64,000 nt of DNA from Chiloscyllium plagiosum (lineage: Eukaryota). The notes below the pieces were generated by a model. The model made no database searches. It was not told where the DNA came from and worked only from the letters and a program-made list of their open reading frames with translations. A program made the position numbers and the translations under genes. This document shows positions 40,260 through 53,570 of this stretch, in pieces (positions within the stretch are counted from its first letter, which is position 1; every line of letters starts with the position of its first letter). The stretch is taken from contig NC_057756.1 in NCBI RefSeq assembly GCF_004010195.1, forward strand, positions 1,825,703-1,889,702, given 5' to 3'.

Positions 40260-42310
40260 TACATAGGAACTTGCAGGCATTGATTGGAATCATTTGTTTG
40301 GAGGGAAAGAGATATCAGGTAAATGGGAGATCTTTGAAATCGATATAGATGGAGTTTAAGGTCTATATTTCCTATGGTGGCGAAGCACAAGGTTGGTAGG
40401 AATAGGGAACACTGGATAACAAGATATATTGATACTTTGATGAGGATAAAAAATTGAGACGTGGCTTTGTCATGGGCAGCCGGGATCAAGGCAATACCTG
40501 GAGGGAAATAGTATATAGGAGGGAGACTGAAGAAGGAAATCATGAGGGCAAAAAGGGGGCGTGACATATCCTTGGTTAAGAATAGGTTGAATGTAAACTT
40601 CACGAATGATAACGACGAAAAGAATAAACAGGGAGAGAAGAGGGCCACTAAAGGAACAAAATGGACATGTATGTATAGAGCCACGGCACGCAGGTGAAAT
40701 TCCCAAAGAACATTTCTCCCCTGTGTTTCCCAAGGAGAAAGATATAAAGGCTTGGCAACTAGGTGAGGTTAGTGGTGATCTCTTTAGGACAGCCCATATC
40801 AAAGGCGAGGAGGTGCTGGATGCATAAGATTGTCTGAATTCGGACAAATTTCCCGGTCCTGACCAGATATATACAAAGACACTACAAGAAGCTCGCGAAG
40901 AAATTGTGGGGAGCGTTGGTGATATTTTGTATCATCATTTGCCACGGGTGAGACCAGGGGAGACAAGAGTCAGGAATGTTGTGCCAATTCAAATTGGGCT
41001 GCAAAGAAAAGCCTGGATATTAGGCTTATGATCTGTCGTGGGTACATGAGCTGAGAAGATTCTGGGGGATAAGGTATCCATTTGGAAGCACAGAGTTTGA
41101 TTATGAGTAGTCATCATGGCTTTGCAAGTGGGAGACCATGCCTCACACATTTGTTTGAGTTCATTGGTGAATTAACCAGAAAGGTTGACGGGGGCATGGT
41201 TGTAGACACCGTCTGTATGGAGTTCAGTAAGGCCTTTGTTAAGGTTCCACACTATAGGCTTCTTTGAAAGTTTTAGATCGCATGAAATATAGGGAGAAGT
41301 GGCAAACTGGTTAGAAAATTGGCTTGCTGATAGCAAGCAGAGGTTAACAGTGGAAAGATGCTTGTCAGACGGGAGGCCTGTGACTAGTGCATTGTCCCAC
41401 TGGTCGGTACTGGGCCCATTAATGTTTGTTATCTAAATCAATGATTGGGATGTGAATGTACAAGGCATCATATGTAAGTTTGCTGATCGTACTGTGAATA
41501 GTGTGGAAAGTTATCATAAATCGCAGGAGGACCTTGATCAGCTGGAAAATTAGGCCTAGAAATAGCAAATGGAGTTTAAAATAAATATACATGAGGTCTT
41601 GCACTTTGGAAAGTCAAATCAAGGTAGGAGTTTCTTGGTGAATGATAGCGCCTTAAGGATTCTCGTGAAGCAGAGTGATCTTGAAGTTCCAGATCACATT
41701 TCTCTGAAAGCAATAGACAGAATATTGGGACAGGTTTTTGGCACACTGGCTTTAGATGTTGTGATACTTGAAAGGGTTGAGAAAATGTTTTCAAGCATGT
41801 TGCCAGGGTTGGATGATCTGAGCCATAGGAAACATTGGAATAGTCTAGGGCTGCTCTCTCTAAAATGTTGCCGGCTGAGGGGTGGTATTATAGAGGTTTA
41901 TAAAATCATGACGGGCATGGAAGAAAGTGGAATAGTGTAGTTTGGATGGGTTTCGGATTAGTTTCATATGTTGGAGCAACATCGAGGACTGAAGGGCCAT
42001 CGCTGGGGTGGCGGAGTCCTCAACTAGAGTGTAAGGGTGAAAGGGTAAAGAAATAAAACAGACCTAAGGGGCAACTTTTTCACTCAGAGGGTGATACGTG
42101 TATGGAATGAACTGCCAGATGAAGTGGTAGAGGCTAGTACAATTGCAACATTTAAAAGGCATCTGCATTGGTATATGAATAGGAAGGGTTTGGAGTGATA
42201 TCCGTCAGATGCTGGCAGGTGCGACTAGATTGGGTTGGGATATCTGGTTGGCGTGGACGGGTTGGACCGAAAGGTCTGTTTCCATGCTATACATCTCGAT
42301 GACTTTACGA
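40260..42310 (+). mobile_element. CR1 LINE, linker-RT-3' end
   Basis: HGFASGRPCLTHLFEF, EFSKAFVKVPH and EVLHFGKSN motifs. Confidence 0.9.
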
Positions 42311-42456
42311 CATTAAGTAGTAATGTTGCTATTGTACAGGGCATTGTTCAGGTGGAAATTGGAGTCTTGTATTTAGTTTTGATCAACTTTTTAAGGGAAG
42401 GATGTTATTTAACTAGAAAGAGTTGCAAGGATGCTGCCAAGACTGAGTAACTGGAA

Positions 42457-42765
42457 GATTAGATTACTTACAGTGTGGAAACAGGCCCTTCAGCCCAACA
42501 ACTGCACACCGACCCATCAAAATGCAACCCACCCAGACCCATTCCCCTACATTTCACCCCTTCACCTACCGGTACAGGCAATTTAGCTAAGCCAATTCAC
42601 CTAACCTGCACATTTTTGGACTGTGGGAGGAAACCGGAACACCCGGAGAAAACCCACGCAGACACGGGGAGAATGTGCAAACTCCACACAGTCAGTCGCC
42701 TGAGGCGGGAATTGAACCCGGGTCTGTGGTGCTGTGACGCAACAGTGCTTACCACTGTGCCTCCC
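42457..42765 (-). mobile_element. HE1-type SINE
   Basis: Highly similar to 36677-36995. Confidence 0.95.
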
Positions 42766-42989
42766 TGTTCGTTAGGATAGGCCTTTTCTCTTCGGAGCGT
42801 AGGAGACTGATGAGGTCTTTATCGAGGTGTGCAAGATCATGAGAGGTATGTGTACGGTGAATACAGTCAGTCCTATTCTTGGGCTCTGGAATTGAAGACG
42901 AAAGGGCATCAGTTTAAGGTTTTATAGGAAAGAATAACAGGGAAGTGGAGGGGATTTTTTTTCAGTATGGTGGTTGGTACGCATGCTGA

Positions 42990-45600
42990 ACATAAAATGG
43001 AAAACATTACAGCACAGTACAGGCCCTTCAGTCCTCGATGTTGCTCCAACCTATGAAACTAATCCGAAACCCATCTAAACTACACTATTCCACTTTCTTC
43101 CATATGTCTATCCAATGACCATTTAAATGCACTTAAAGTTGGCAAGTTTACTACTGTTGAAAGCAGGCCGATTCACAACCTTACCACGCTCTGAATAAAG
43201 AAACTCTCTCTGACATCCGTCCTATAAATATCATCATTCAATTTAAAGCTATGTCCCTTCGTGATGGCCATCACCATTAGAGGAAAAAAGCTCTCACTGT
43301 ACACCCTATCTAACCCTCGGATTATCTTATATGTCTCAATTAAGTCGTCTCTCAACCTTCTTCCCTAGAACGGAAATAGGTCCAATCCCTCAATCTTTCC
43401 TAATAAGGCCTCCCCTCCATACCAGGCAACATTCCAGTTAATCTCGTCTGAATGTTTTCCAAAGCTTCTGCATCTTTCTGCTAAGGCAGTGACTAGATCT
43501 TAACTCAATACTCCAAGTGCAACCACAACCGAGTTCTGTACAGCAGCACTTCATGGCTTCAAAACTCAATCCCTCTACTAATAAGTCATAACACACCGCC
43601 TATCTTCTCAATAACCATAACAAACTGAGTTTGAACTTTCAGGGATCTAAGTACATGGGCACTGATATCCCCCTGTTGATCTACACTACCAAGCGTCTTA
43701 CCATTAGCCCAGTACTCTGCATTCCTGGTATGACTTCAAAATGAATCACCTCACACTTTTCCTCATTAAACTCAGTTTTTCATCTCTCTGCCCATTTCTG
43801 CAGCTTATCTTTCTCCATTTGTAACCTAAGCCATCCTTCAGTACTATTCATAACTCTGCAAACATTAGTGTCATCCACAAATTTACTGACCCATCCTTCC
43901 ATGGTCTCATCGAGGTCAATAAAAAAAATGACAAAGAGCACTTTCTCGAAATCAGATCATTGCGGTGAAGCACGAGTAACTCAACTCGAGCTTGAACATT
44001 TCCCATCTGTCGGGAACCTTTTAAAACGGCTAAATAAAAACCACATCAACCGCTTTACCCTTATCCACTTGTTTGGACCCCTTCTCAAAGAACTCCATGA
44101 GGTTTGTCAGGCATGACCTACCCTTCACAAGACCATGTTGACGATCCCTAACCAACTTATTCATTTTCAGATGATTATAAATCCTATCTCTTATAAACAT
44201 TCCCAAAACTTCCTACAACCGAAGTAAGGTTCACTGGTCCATAATACCAGGGTATCTATACTCTCCTTCTCGAACAAGGAACAACATTTGCTATCCTTCA
44301 AACTTCTTGAAGACAATGACGACACAGAGGTCAAAGATAAAGGCTCGACAATCTCCTCCCTGGCTTCACAGAGAATCTTCGGATAACTCCCATCCAGCGC
44401 AAGAGATTTATCTATTTTCATCCTTACCAGAATTGGCACCATGCCCTCCTCCTTGCGAAACTCAATCCCATCTAATCTAATAGTCTGTATCTCAGTAGTC
44501 TCCACAACACTGTCTTTTTCCAGTGTAAATGCTGTCGGAAAATGTTCATTCAGCGAATCCCCTATCTTCTCTAACTCCACGCACAACTTTCCACTACTAT
44601 CATATTTGACTCTAATCTTACACTACCTGTTCTTTAATTGCTGATATACCTATAGAAAGCCTTAGGGTTTTTCTTGATTGTACACAACACCAATTTCTCA
44701 TGCCACAGCTACCTCTCCTTAGCTCTCTCTTTTGGTCTTTCCTGGCTAACTCTCAAACGCCATTACCAAGCCTTCACATCTTATCCTAACAAAAGCTTTT
44801 TTCTTCCTCTTGACAAGAGCTTCAACTTCTTTAAAAACCACAGCTCCATCGCTTGACAACTTCGTTCCTGCCTGACAGATGTACACTTATCAAGAACACG
44901 CAGTAGGTATTCCTTGAATTAGCTCCACACGTAAATTGTGCCCATCCTCTGCCCTTTCCTTCCCCATCCTATGCATCCTAAACCTTGCTTAATCGCATCA
45001 TAATTGTCTTTCCCCCAGCTATAAGTATATGCCCTGCGCCATAGAGTTATCCCTTTCCATCGATAAAGTAAACATATCCAAATTGTGGTCACTACCACCA
45101 AAACGCTGACCTAACTCTGGTTCTGACACCTGGCCGGGTTCAATACCCGGTATGAAATCCAATGTGGCCACCCCCCCTCTTTGGCCTGTCTTGGAAAACA
45201 TTCCTGCACACATTGGACAATAAAATGACCCATCTAAAATACTTGAAATATTGTATTCGCAGAAAATATTTCATCAGTAAAAAACCCCATAACAAGTCCC
45301 CAGTCTCTCTCGCTCCGATCTAGAATCGTCTTTGCTATCCTTTCTTCCACATCTCTGGAGCTCTTCAGAGACCCATGGAAACGTCCCACCAGTTTGACTT
45401 CTTCTTTCCTGTTTCTGAACTCAGCTCATACTACCTCAGCAGACGAGTCCGCAAACATACATTTTGCCACTGTAATACTGTCCTGTATTATCACTGCCAC
45501 CCCTCTCCCGTCCACCGTTTCCTCTATTCTTGCTGAAGCATCTGAATCCAAAAACTGCAACAACCATTCCTGTCCCTGCTCTACCCATGTCTCTGAAATG
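42990..45600 (-). mobile_element. CR1 LINE (endonuclease remnant to 3' end)
   Basis: GGSDHN endonuclease motif; YPKILCEAREEIVEPL; RDDLIETYKI. Confidence 0.9.
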
Positions 45601-46499
45601 GCCAGAGCATATGGAATGAGCTGCCAGCAGAAGTGGATGAGACGTGTGCATTAACAACATTTCAAAGGCATTTGGACAAGCATACATATAAGAAAGTATT
45701 AGAAGAATGTGGGCGAAGTGCAGGAAAATGGGGTTACCGTGGATGGGCAATTTGTTAAGCTTGGCCAGTTTGGGCCTATCGGTGCTATGATGCTACGACT
45801 CTGAAAAGGCAGAAATGCCAGAGCAGAACAAAAAAAACCAAAATGTGGGAGAGTTTGAAATTTGGAAACTGTCATTCAAACAGGAAAGTTGTCTGAAAAG
45901 GGTGAAGGTGAAGATACAAAATAAGCTTCGTGAAGACAAGCAAACACTTTCTAACCAGAGGGCTGACAGGGATTTTTAAATACATTTTCCCAAGCATTGT
46001 CCAACTTTGATTAGAAGAATGTGCAAGACACATGCATCACATTTGAGAAGTTGGCTAAACACATCAAATGGTTACTGAGCATGGGTTTTTTATTGATACA
46101 AACAAAGCTAGTAGATAGAGCTGGCGACGTATTTGTATCACTATCAGAGGAGGTATCTGATGTCGATGATGAAGTGAAGAAAGCTACCTTAAGTGCATAA
46201 CAGCGTATGCCAAAAGCTGACAACGTTTCAGAAATCTAAGGAGGGACTGGAACAAATCGACACTGCGTTTGAGAGGATCAAACAAAATAATTTTAATTTT
46301 TTCACAAGAGCATTAAAAATAGAGTAAATCTATGACGGTCTTAAGGAGGATTATTTTGGAAGAGTTCCAAAATTCACTTTCACAGGTTGTGATTAGTCAT
46401 GGGAAAGAGCAGAGAATTCAAATGTCACGATTAGCACCTGAAAAAGCAGCTGATTATGATATGGTTACATTTCAATGTGTGGCTTACTGAACCGTTTTC

Positions 46500-48164
46500 C
46501 TGCCCAAAATCCACAAACCTGACTGCCCCGGACGACCCATCGTCTCAGCCTGCTCCTGCCCAACCGAACTCATCTCGGCATACCTCGACACGGTCCTGTC
46601 CCCATTAGTCCAAGAACTCCCCACCTACGTTCGTGACACCACCCACGCCCTCCATCTCCTCCAGGATTTCCGCTTCCCCGGTCCCCAACGCCTCATCTTC
46701 ACCATGGACATCCAGTCCCTGTACACCTCCATCCCCCATCACGAAGGACTCAAAGCACTCCGCTTCTTCCTTACCCGCCGTACCACCCAGTACCCTTCCA
46801 CCGACACCCTCCTTCGACTGACCGAACTGGATTCCAATCCTCCCACTTTCTCCAAAACCCCGAACCGCCCGTTTCTACCTCCTGCCCAAAATCCACAAAC
46901 CTGACTGCCCCGGAAGACCCATCGTCTCAGCCTGCTCCTGCCCAACCGAACTCATCTCGGCATACCTCGACACGGTCCTGTCCCCATTAGTCCAAGAACT
47001 CCCCACCTACGTTCGTGACACCACCCACGCCCTCCACCTCCTCCAGGATTTCCGCTTCCCCGGTCCCCAAAGCCTCATCTTTACCATGGACATCCAGTCC
47101 CTGTACACCTCCATCCCCCATCACGAAGGACTCAAAGCACCCCACTTCTTCCTTTCCCGCCGTACCACCCAGTACCCTTCCACCGACACCCTCCTTCGAC
47201 TGACCGAACTGGCCCTCACCCTGAACAACTTTTCTTTCCAATCCTCCCACTTTCCCCAAACAAAAGGAGTAGCCATGGGCACCCGCATGGACCCCAGCTA
47301 TGCCTGCCTCTTCGTAGGGTATGTGGAACAATCCATCTTCCGCAACTACACTGGCCCCACCCCCCATCTTTTCCTCCGCTACATTGATGACTGTATCGGC
47401 GCTACCTCGTGCTCCCACGAGGAGGTCGAACAGTTCATCCACTACACCAACACCTTCCACCCCGACCTCAAATTCACCTGGACAGTCTCAGATTCCTCCC
47501 TCCCCTTCCTCGACCTTTCTATTTCTATCTCAGGCGACCGAATCAACACAGAATGAAGAAACTGGTTCATCCCCTGTGGTTGGAGGGTTCCCAGTCGGAA
47601 GATAAGACGCTCCTCCTCCGACCGTCGCGTTGTTGTGGTTAACCAACCCAACCACCCTGTAGCACAGCATTTCCACTCCCCCTCCCACTCCACCGAGGAT
47701 ATGCAGGTCATTGGACTCATCCACCGCCAAACCACAACAATGCGACGGTCGGAGGAGGAGCGTCTTATCTTCCGACTGGGATCCCTCCAACCGCAGGGGA
47801 TGAACTTGGACTTCACCAGTTTCTTCATCCCCCCTCCCCCCACCTTGTCTCAGCCGGATCCCTCCAGCCCGGCACCGCTTCCTGACCTGCAGTCTTCTTC
47901 TTGACCTCTCCGCCTCCATCCTACTCCGACCTATCACCCTCACCTTGACCTCTTTCCACCTATCACATTTCCAACGCCCCTCCTCCAAGTCCCTCCTCCC
48001 TACCTTTTATCTTCTCCTGCTGAACACTCTCTGCTCATTCCTGAAGAAGGGCCTGTGCCCGAAACATCGAATCTCCTGTTCACTGGATGCTGCCTGAGCT
48101 GCTGTGCTGTTCCAGCAATAAAGTTTCAACTTTGATCTCCAGCATCTGCAGACCTCACTTTCTC
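46500..48164 (+). mobile_element. Young rearranged Penelope-like element (RT and pseudo-LTR) with 13-bp TSD
   Basis: MDIQSLYTSIPH, GVAMGTRM, LRYIDD; CTGAACCGTTTTC at 46487-46499 and 48165-48177. Confidence 0.95.
48037..48072 (+). ncRNA. Minimal hammerhead ribozyme motif in the Penelope terminus
   Basis: ATTC-CTGAAGA-a-GGGC(ctgt)GCCC-GAAA-CA-TC-GAAT; stem I ATTC/GAAT. Confidence 0.6.
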
Positions 48165-48639
48165 CTGAACCGTTTTCACACCAAGAGTTATAGAAATTGA
48201 GGCAAGGACAAATCCTGACACCGTAAGGGAAATATAATATTAATTACCAAAGAGGAATCAGGAAACTCATGTTCGGGGATGAGAATTTAAAAAGCTCTGG
48301 TATCTTCACTGCAACAAATTAGGCCACATGAAATCTTGTTGCTGGATTGGTATAAAAAAAACTTCGCTGAAATATATGTGGTCACAAGCTTTGGATGCGA
48401 GCGCATACTGCTGGAATTCCAAAAAAAGGAACGTAATTGAATTACTTCAAAAAGCAGATGTTAGGATACTCTTCAGTCTCTTTTCATTTTGTGATTCACA
48501 CTCAATTCTTATTATATCAGCAGAATTAAATATTCTTATATCATCAAAAGTTAATCTGCACAGAAAATCTTCCAGTTCACATTGTTCCATTTGAGTAAAT
48601 AAAATAATCAGATTGGAATATCCTCACGGTTACACCCTT

Positions 48640-50760
48640 CAGTATACATCGACTGTAGTGGTCCAGCAAAACTGTTCCATTAATGGTGCTAGGTAATTCA
48701 CTTCGTTGAATAGTTGCTTTGCAATGTCGACTTATGACAACAACACCCACCATTTTCTTTCAACGGCTACGGTCATCATGAATACCTCAACTTCTCATTT
48801 CCCCTTCTTGCCTGATGTATCATGACCCCAGGTTAAAATACCATCTATCATACAACTGCAATCGAGAATCCATTGAGTTAAAGAATGATTGGATAGGTGC
48901 AGAAAAGTCAATAGGCAATATTAATAAGTATTAGATTAAGCCAAATCATGACAGAATTCTTACAGTTAATGATAATATCCTGGGGTGTGTTGCTGAACAA
49001 AGAGACTTTGGAGTGCAGGTTTACAGTTCCTTGAAATTGTGGTCACATATAGAGTGAGTAGTGAAGAGTATGTTTTATAGTTAGTGCACTGAGTAAAGGA
49101 TCGGGAGATCATGTTGCACCCGTACTGGACATTGATCCGATCACATTTGGACCACTGTATGCAATTACAGTGACAGAAATGCCATTGCGAAATTTGAATA
49201 ATATCAGAAAAGATTTACATGGATGTTGCCAAGGTTGGAGAATTAGAAATATGGAGAGGCTCAATAGGTGGATGATAATTTCTCTGGAGCATAGGAGCCT
49301 GAAGGGTTACCTTATATATTTTATAAAATCATGAGCGGTATGGACTGCGTAAAGAGAGAATGTCTTTTAGCTGAGATGGTGGAATCCAATATTAGAGGAC
49401 ATCGGTAGCACATGAATAGGGAAACTTTTAAAATGGACATAAGGGACAACGGAGCATCGTGCACGTATGGAATGAGAGAAAATGTTCAAGCTTGTTAAAA
49501 TGTCAACTTTTAAAAGGCATCTAAACGTGTGTATGAATAGGAAGGATTTCTGGAGATATTGGTCAAATGTTTGTAAATACAACTAAAATGTATTGGGATG
49601 CCCAGTCAGCCTGTACGAGTTGGACCACAAAATCTCTTTCCTTGATGCACATCCCTATGACTCTATTATCTTATGATTTTGTGCCAAGTTGTACGATGAG
49701 AATGCATTTATACTGATCCAAAATTGCGTAAGAAACAGACAATCATATCATTGACTATGCACATTAAAAAGGAAAGAAAGACAGAATGAAATTTGAGCAG
49801 GACATATCAAATGCGTGCACGCGGGTAACTGCCTGTGTGGAGTTTGCATATTCTCCCCGTCCCTGCATGGGTTTCCTCCGGGTGGTTCGGTTTCCTCCCA
49901 CAATCCAAAGATGTGCAGGTAAGGTGAATTGGCCATGCTAAATTGCCCATAGCGTTAGGATAGGGGAATGGGTCTGGGTGGGTTACTCTTTGGAGTTTCG
50001 GTTTGGACTTCTTATGCTGAAGGGCCTGTTTCCAGACTGTATGCAATGTAATGTAATGTAATGTAACCTAATCTAATCTAATCAAATCTATGCCCACCAT
50101 TACACTATTTCGTTCAACGATGCAAATATAATATTTTAAATGATCAACGAACAAAATATGCTAAGGCTAACTTCAGAGTACATTCTTGCTGTATGGAAGA
50201 CATTACTTGCCAAAATAGTCACCAACAATTTTATTTTTGGCTCATTCATATCAGTTGAAGAGGAGCTGACACAATACATTAACAGTGATATTCACATTTG
50301 CAGTGATCAGTTTTGCATGAGTAGGAAAACGAAAGCACCAATATTTTACCTAAGTCTTTTATAGGCTGTTTATCATCTTCACCAAAAAAATCGAACAATC
50401 ATGTCAGTTACTCAGCATTTCTTAAATGAGGCACAACAATACATTTCAGCCGGAAAGTGTCCTTTCTGGTCTGAAATAGTTTCAACCACGAACCGAAGTG
50501 TAGACATAATTTTTTAATATGAATTTAAATTCAGTGCACACTAAGCCAATTGCTGGCGTAATGATATTTAAAGTTTAAATTTGCACATCCAAATTTTGTA
50601 TCTGTGGAATGAAGTTCAGATTTTTTTTAAATTCTGAAAATTCATAATTTCTTCTACCCTCCTGCAGCCTCTCAAATGGTCCAAATAACTGATTTGAAAG
50701 ATTTTTTGTCATTTCAGGTGTTTGAAACAATTTTTGCCACGGCATGCTTAAGTACATTCT
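48640..50760 (+). repeat. Segmental duplication copy B
   Basis: Collinear with 35850-38700, including a shared CR1 3' fragment (48950-49660). Confidence 0.85.
49825..50083 (+). mobile_element. 5'-truncated HE1-type SINE
   Basis: Central domain followed by an (AATGT)n/(AATCT)n tail. Confidence 0.9.
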
Positions 50761-50989
50761 GCCAACTAATCTGCTGCACTGACATTATTAGAGGAGTATA
50801 ATATAATATATTTATGTCATCGAAAGAATCCTACTTTTATTTGTTTAATTTGCTCAAAAGTAACGGTTGTTGTGTCTGTTTTGTTCCTGTCCAGCATTGG
50901 TCTGCGTGCACTTGGTTATCAAATGACTCTTTACACGGCATTTTCAAAAACTAATCATACCAAATTGAAGTCAACACAACTTTCATAGC

Positions 50990-51755
50990 ATACGTATTCA
51001 CGTGCTATCCTGTCTTTCAGTGTAACAATTTCTCAAAATTTATTTTTTTAAAAATGTGCCGCCTTGGCACCCTATGACTCATTATGGGGATGTGGTTGAC
51101 AAGGAAATCTGTTGTTCAAAGTATAACTAAAGGGAACTGAAAATGTTTTGGAAGACAAATCTCAAAAACCCGAAGCTAGATTTCTTATGTCGCTCATAAC
51201 TTTTCAGTCAGAGGAAGAACAATTTCTAAATGATGAAGCAGTGTTCATGTGCACTGCTTCATTAGAAACCATGAAGCTATCCGTTTTGGCTGAAGTAAAA
51301 TAATTATCTGTGCAAACAATTGTTATGTTCACATATCTCAGATAAAAGAAAGCACCATCACCAAGATCTGTCTCTATTCCACATGAAATGTTTGTATTGT
51401 TCCCAACACTATCTTGAAAAAAGTACTCCGAATGTATTTGTTTGTTATGTTGTTTAGGAGTTGTATATTCCACTGAGATTATGATCCGTACATTTTAATT
51501 ACTGGAAAAACAGGGTGGTTCATAATCTTGTGTCATCCTCTCACTGAGTTAATTATCAGCAGACTCTGGCACGTCAGAACGCAGAATATTTACATCATCA
51601 TGTCAGAGGTTTTGGACATGATTTGCTAGACGAATTAGCATGGCACAGACAAAATATTTGGAAAAACGGATTGAACAATAAACCCAGCAATCACATTTTC
51701 TGACACATGCTGTCCTGTGCTAACTAAGTCTGCTGGATATCCAAAAATAAATAAA
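50990..51755 (+). pseudogene. Possible decayed Ig constant exons (two C1 domains and a tailpiece)
   Basis: YVFTCYP..KCAALAPYDS..MW..FLMSLITFQSEEE..DEAVFMCTAS (Cys spacing ~65); then MFVLFP..CLLC..VYSTEIMIR..GHDLL..NKPSN; AATAAA at ~51746. Confidence 0.35.
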
Positions 51756-51899
51756 CAAACCAAGTTGCCGTGAAAAAAAAGGTAGACAATGTTATGGCGA
51801 AACATCGTAATGGCCACATTATAGCCAATATTTTTTAAAAAACTTGAATCTTTGCTTTGTGTCTTTACAATAACGTTGTCTAGTGCATACGCTCCAACA

Positions 51900-53570
51900 G
51901 GTCATACAGTTGAAATGAAAGGTAAATAGCCAGTTCTCTGAGTTCAGGGACTTTTCTCGTTTGGTTTCTTTTTATCTGGGGACTTGGAGGAAAAACTGCA
52001 CTGAAAAGTGGTTATATGCTTCAGCAAATGATGCCTAGATTTTCCTTTCTCTCTCTCTCCCGCTGTCTCTCACTCTCTCTCTCTGATATCTCTACAGCAA
52101 TTTGAGTTTACCTTTTTTGCCAAATGGTATGTTTATGGAATATTGCGGGAAATCGGAACAGCTCCTGTTAAGTTGTGGGGCATTTAATGTCGGTCAGGTT
52201 TCAAATCATGAATCAGATCGGCCAGTGTTGGACTGGTGTGTACAAAGTTAAAAAGCACACAACACCAGGTTATACTCCAACAGGTTTATTGGAAGTACGA
52301 GCTTTCAGAGATCTGGTTCGTAATCAGGTGGTTGTGGAGTATAAGATCGTAGAACACCGAATTTATAGAAAACATTTAGAGTGCAATATAACTGACAGTG
52401 TATACTAAAAAAAAAACAAAAAATGCGTGGATTGTCTGTTAAGTCTCTCATCTTTTAGAACGGGCACGTTGGTTTCTGTTCTTTCATGTGTTAAAGTACA
52501 TTCGTTTCTTAAAGTTACATTCTCAAGTTAACTTTAACAATAGGTGCCATGTTGGCTCAGATATTGCATTGAAAGTGCGAGGTGCCCTGTGTAAGGCTGT
52601 CTGTACCCCAGCCTTCAGATTGATTCTAATCTATAAGAAGGATGTACAGAATCTTAAACGGATTCATGCAGTTTTTGAGCAAAATAAAATGTAATTCTGC
52701 CATTACAAATTTACCCAAACGTATATGTGCTTGGGTGCATGTCGATCTGTGTGTGTCGGGGTAAAAGTGTCTTTGAGGGAGATAGTGCGTATGTATATTC
52801 GTTGGAGTGTGATTGTAGATTGGTATACGTCTGTGAGAGTGTGCGTGTGTGAGTGTGGGAGTGTATGTGTGAGTGTATGAGAGAGCTTGTGTATGTGAGA
52901 GTGTCTGTGCATGGGTCTATAAGAGTGTGGGTGTTTGTGGGAGTGTCTATGTGTATTGTGTGTTTGTCGGTCTGTAAGTGTGTATCTGTGTGTGTGATTG
53001 TTGCAGTGGGGTCACCTGCAGTGTGACAGGCACCCAAGGTCTCAGATGAGGCTTTCCCATCGTTACCAAAATTGGTTATCAACCTCTGATTGATCACTTC
53101 GTGTTGTTGACTGTCCCAAAGTCTGCCTTGGACGATGGTCACCCGATGGTCCATGGCCGAATGTCGTGGACCACTAAAGTGTTCTTCAATTGGGAGGAAA
53201 CACTCCTGTCTGTTGATTTTTGTGCAGTTTCAATTCACACGTTGCCATAGCTTCTCCTCGGTCTCACGAATGTACCATGCCTCAGGGCACTTTTGCCTGC
53301 AGCGTATGAGATACACAACTTCAGCCGAGTAACACGAGTACCTGCCACGTACATATTGGGTTTTCAATTCGTTAATGTTGAAAACTCGGTTCTGTTTTGT
53401 TGGTGTTCCTTCTGTGATGTGTATATTAATTCCATTTAACTTGAAGACTATTGATTTGATCAGCTGCCACATTCCTGGAATATCCATATTACATCTGCCA
53501 GAAACAACTATTAAGGTTAGGATAACCATCTTGAAATATTTTGAGGGTTCTGGCCATATCCACTAGAGAA
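51900..53570 (+). mobile_element. LTR related to 39300-39813, interrupted by a Penelope element
   Basis: Shared GCCAGTTCT, TCAGCAAATG and GTTTATGG blocks; ends TTGAAATATTTTGAGGG. Confidence 0.65.
52235..53350 (-). mobile_element. Penelope-like element of a second family (GIY-YIG end and CA-rich tract)
   Basis: GRYSCYSAEVVYLIRCRQKCPEAWYIRET; degenerate (GT)n tract 52720-53000. Confidence 0.85.

Larger units (their letters stand above)
39300..48350 (+). mobile_element. Gypsy LTR (~39300-39813) and gag, split by nested CR1, SINE and Penelope insertions
   Basis: LTR end GATCCATAACA; gag FEKLAK..W..LIQTKLVDRA..SLSEEVS..EVKKA (46040-46200); zinc knuckle HCNKLGHMKSCCW (48307-48345). Confidence 0.7.

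Noticed and set aside
51204..51817. Minus-strand ORFs resembling a secreted glycoprotein
   Set aside because: Interrupted by stops, no recognisable family, and no splice support
52703..53154. His/Thr-rich ORFs
   Set aside because: Translation of a degenerate (CA)n tract inside a Penelope element
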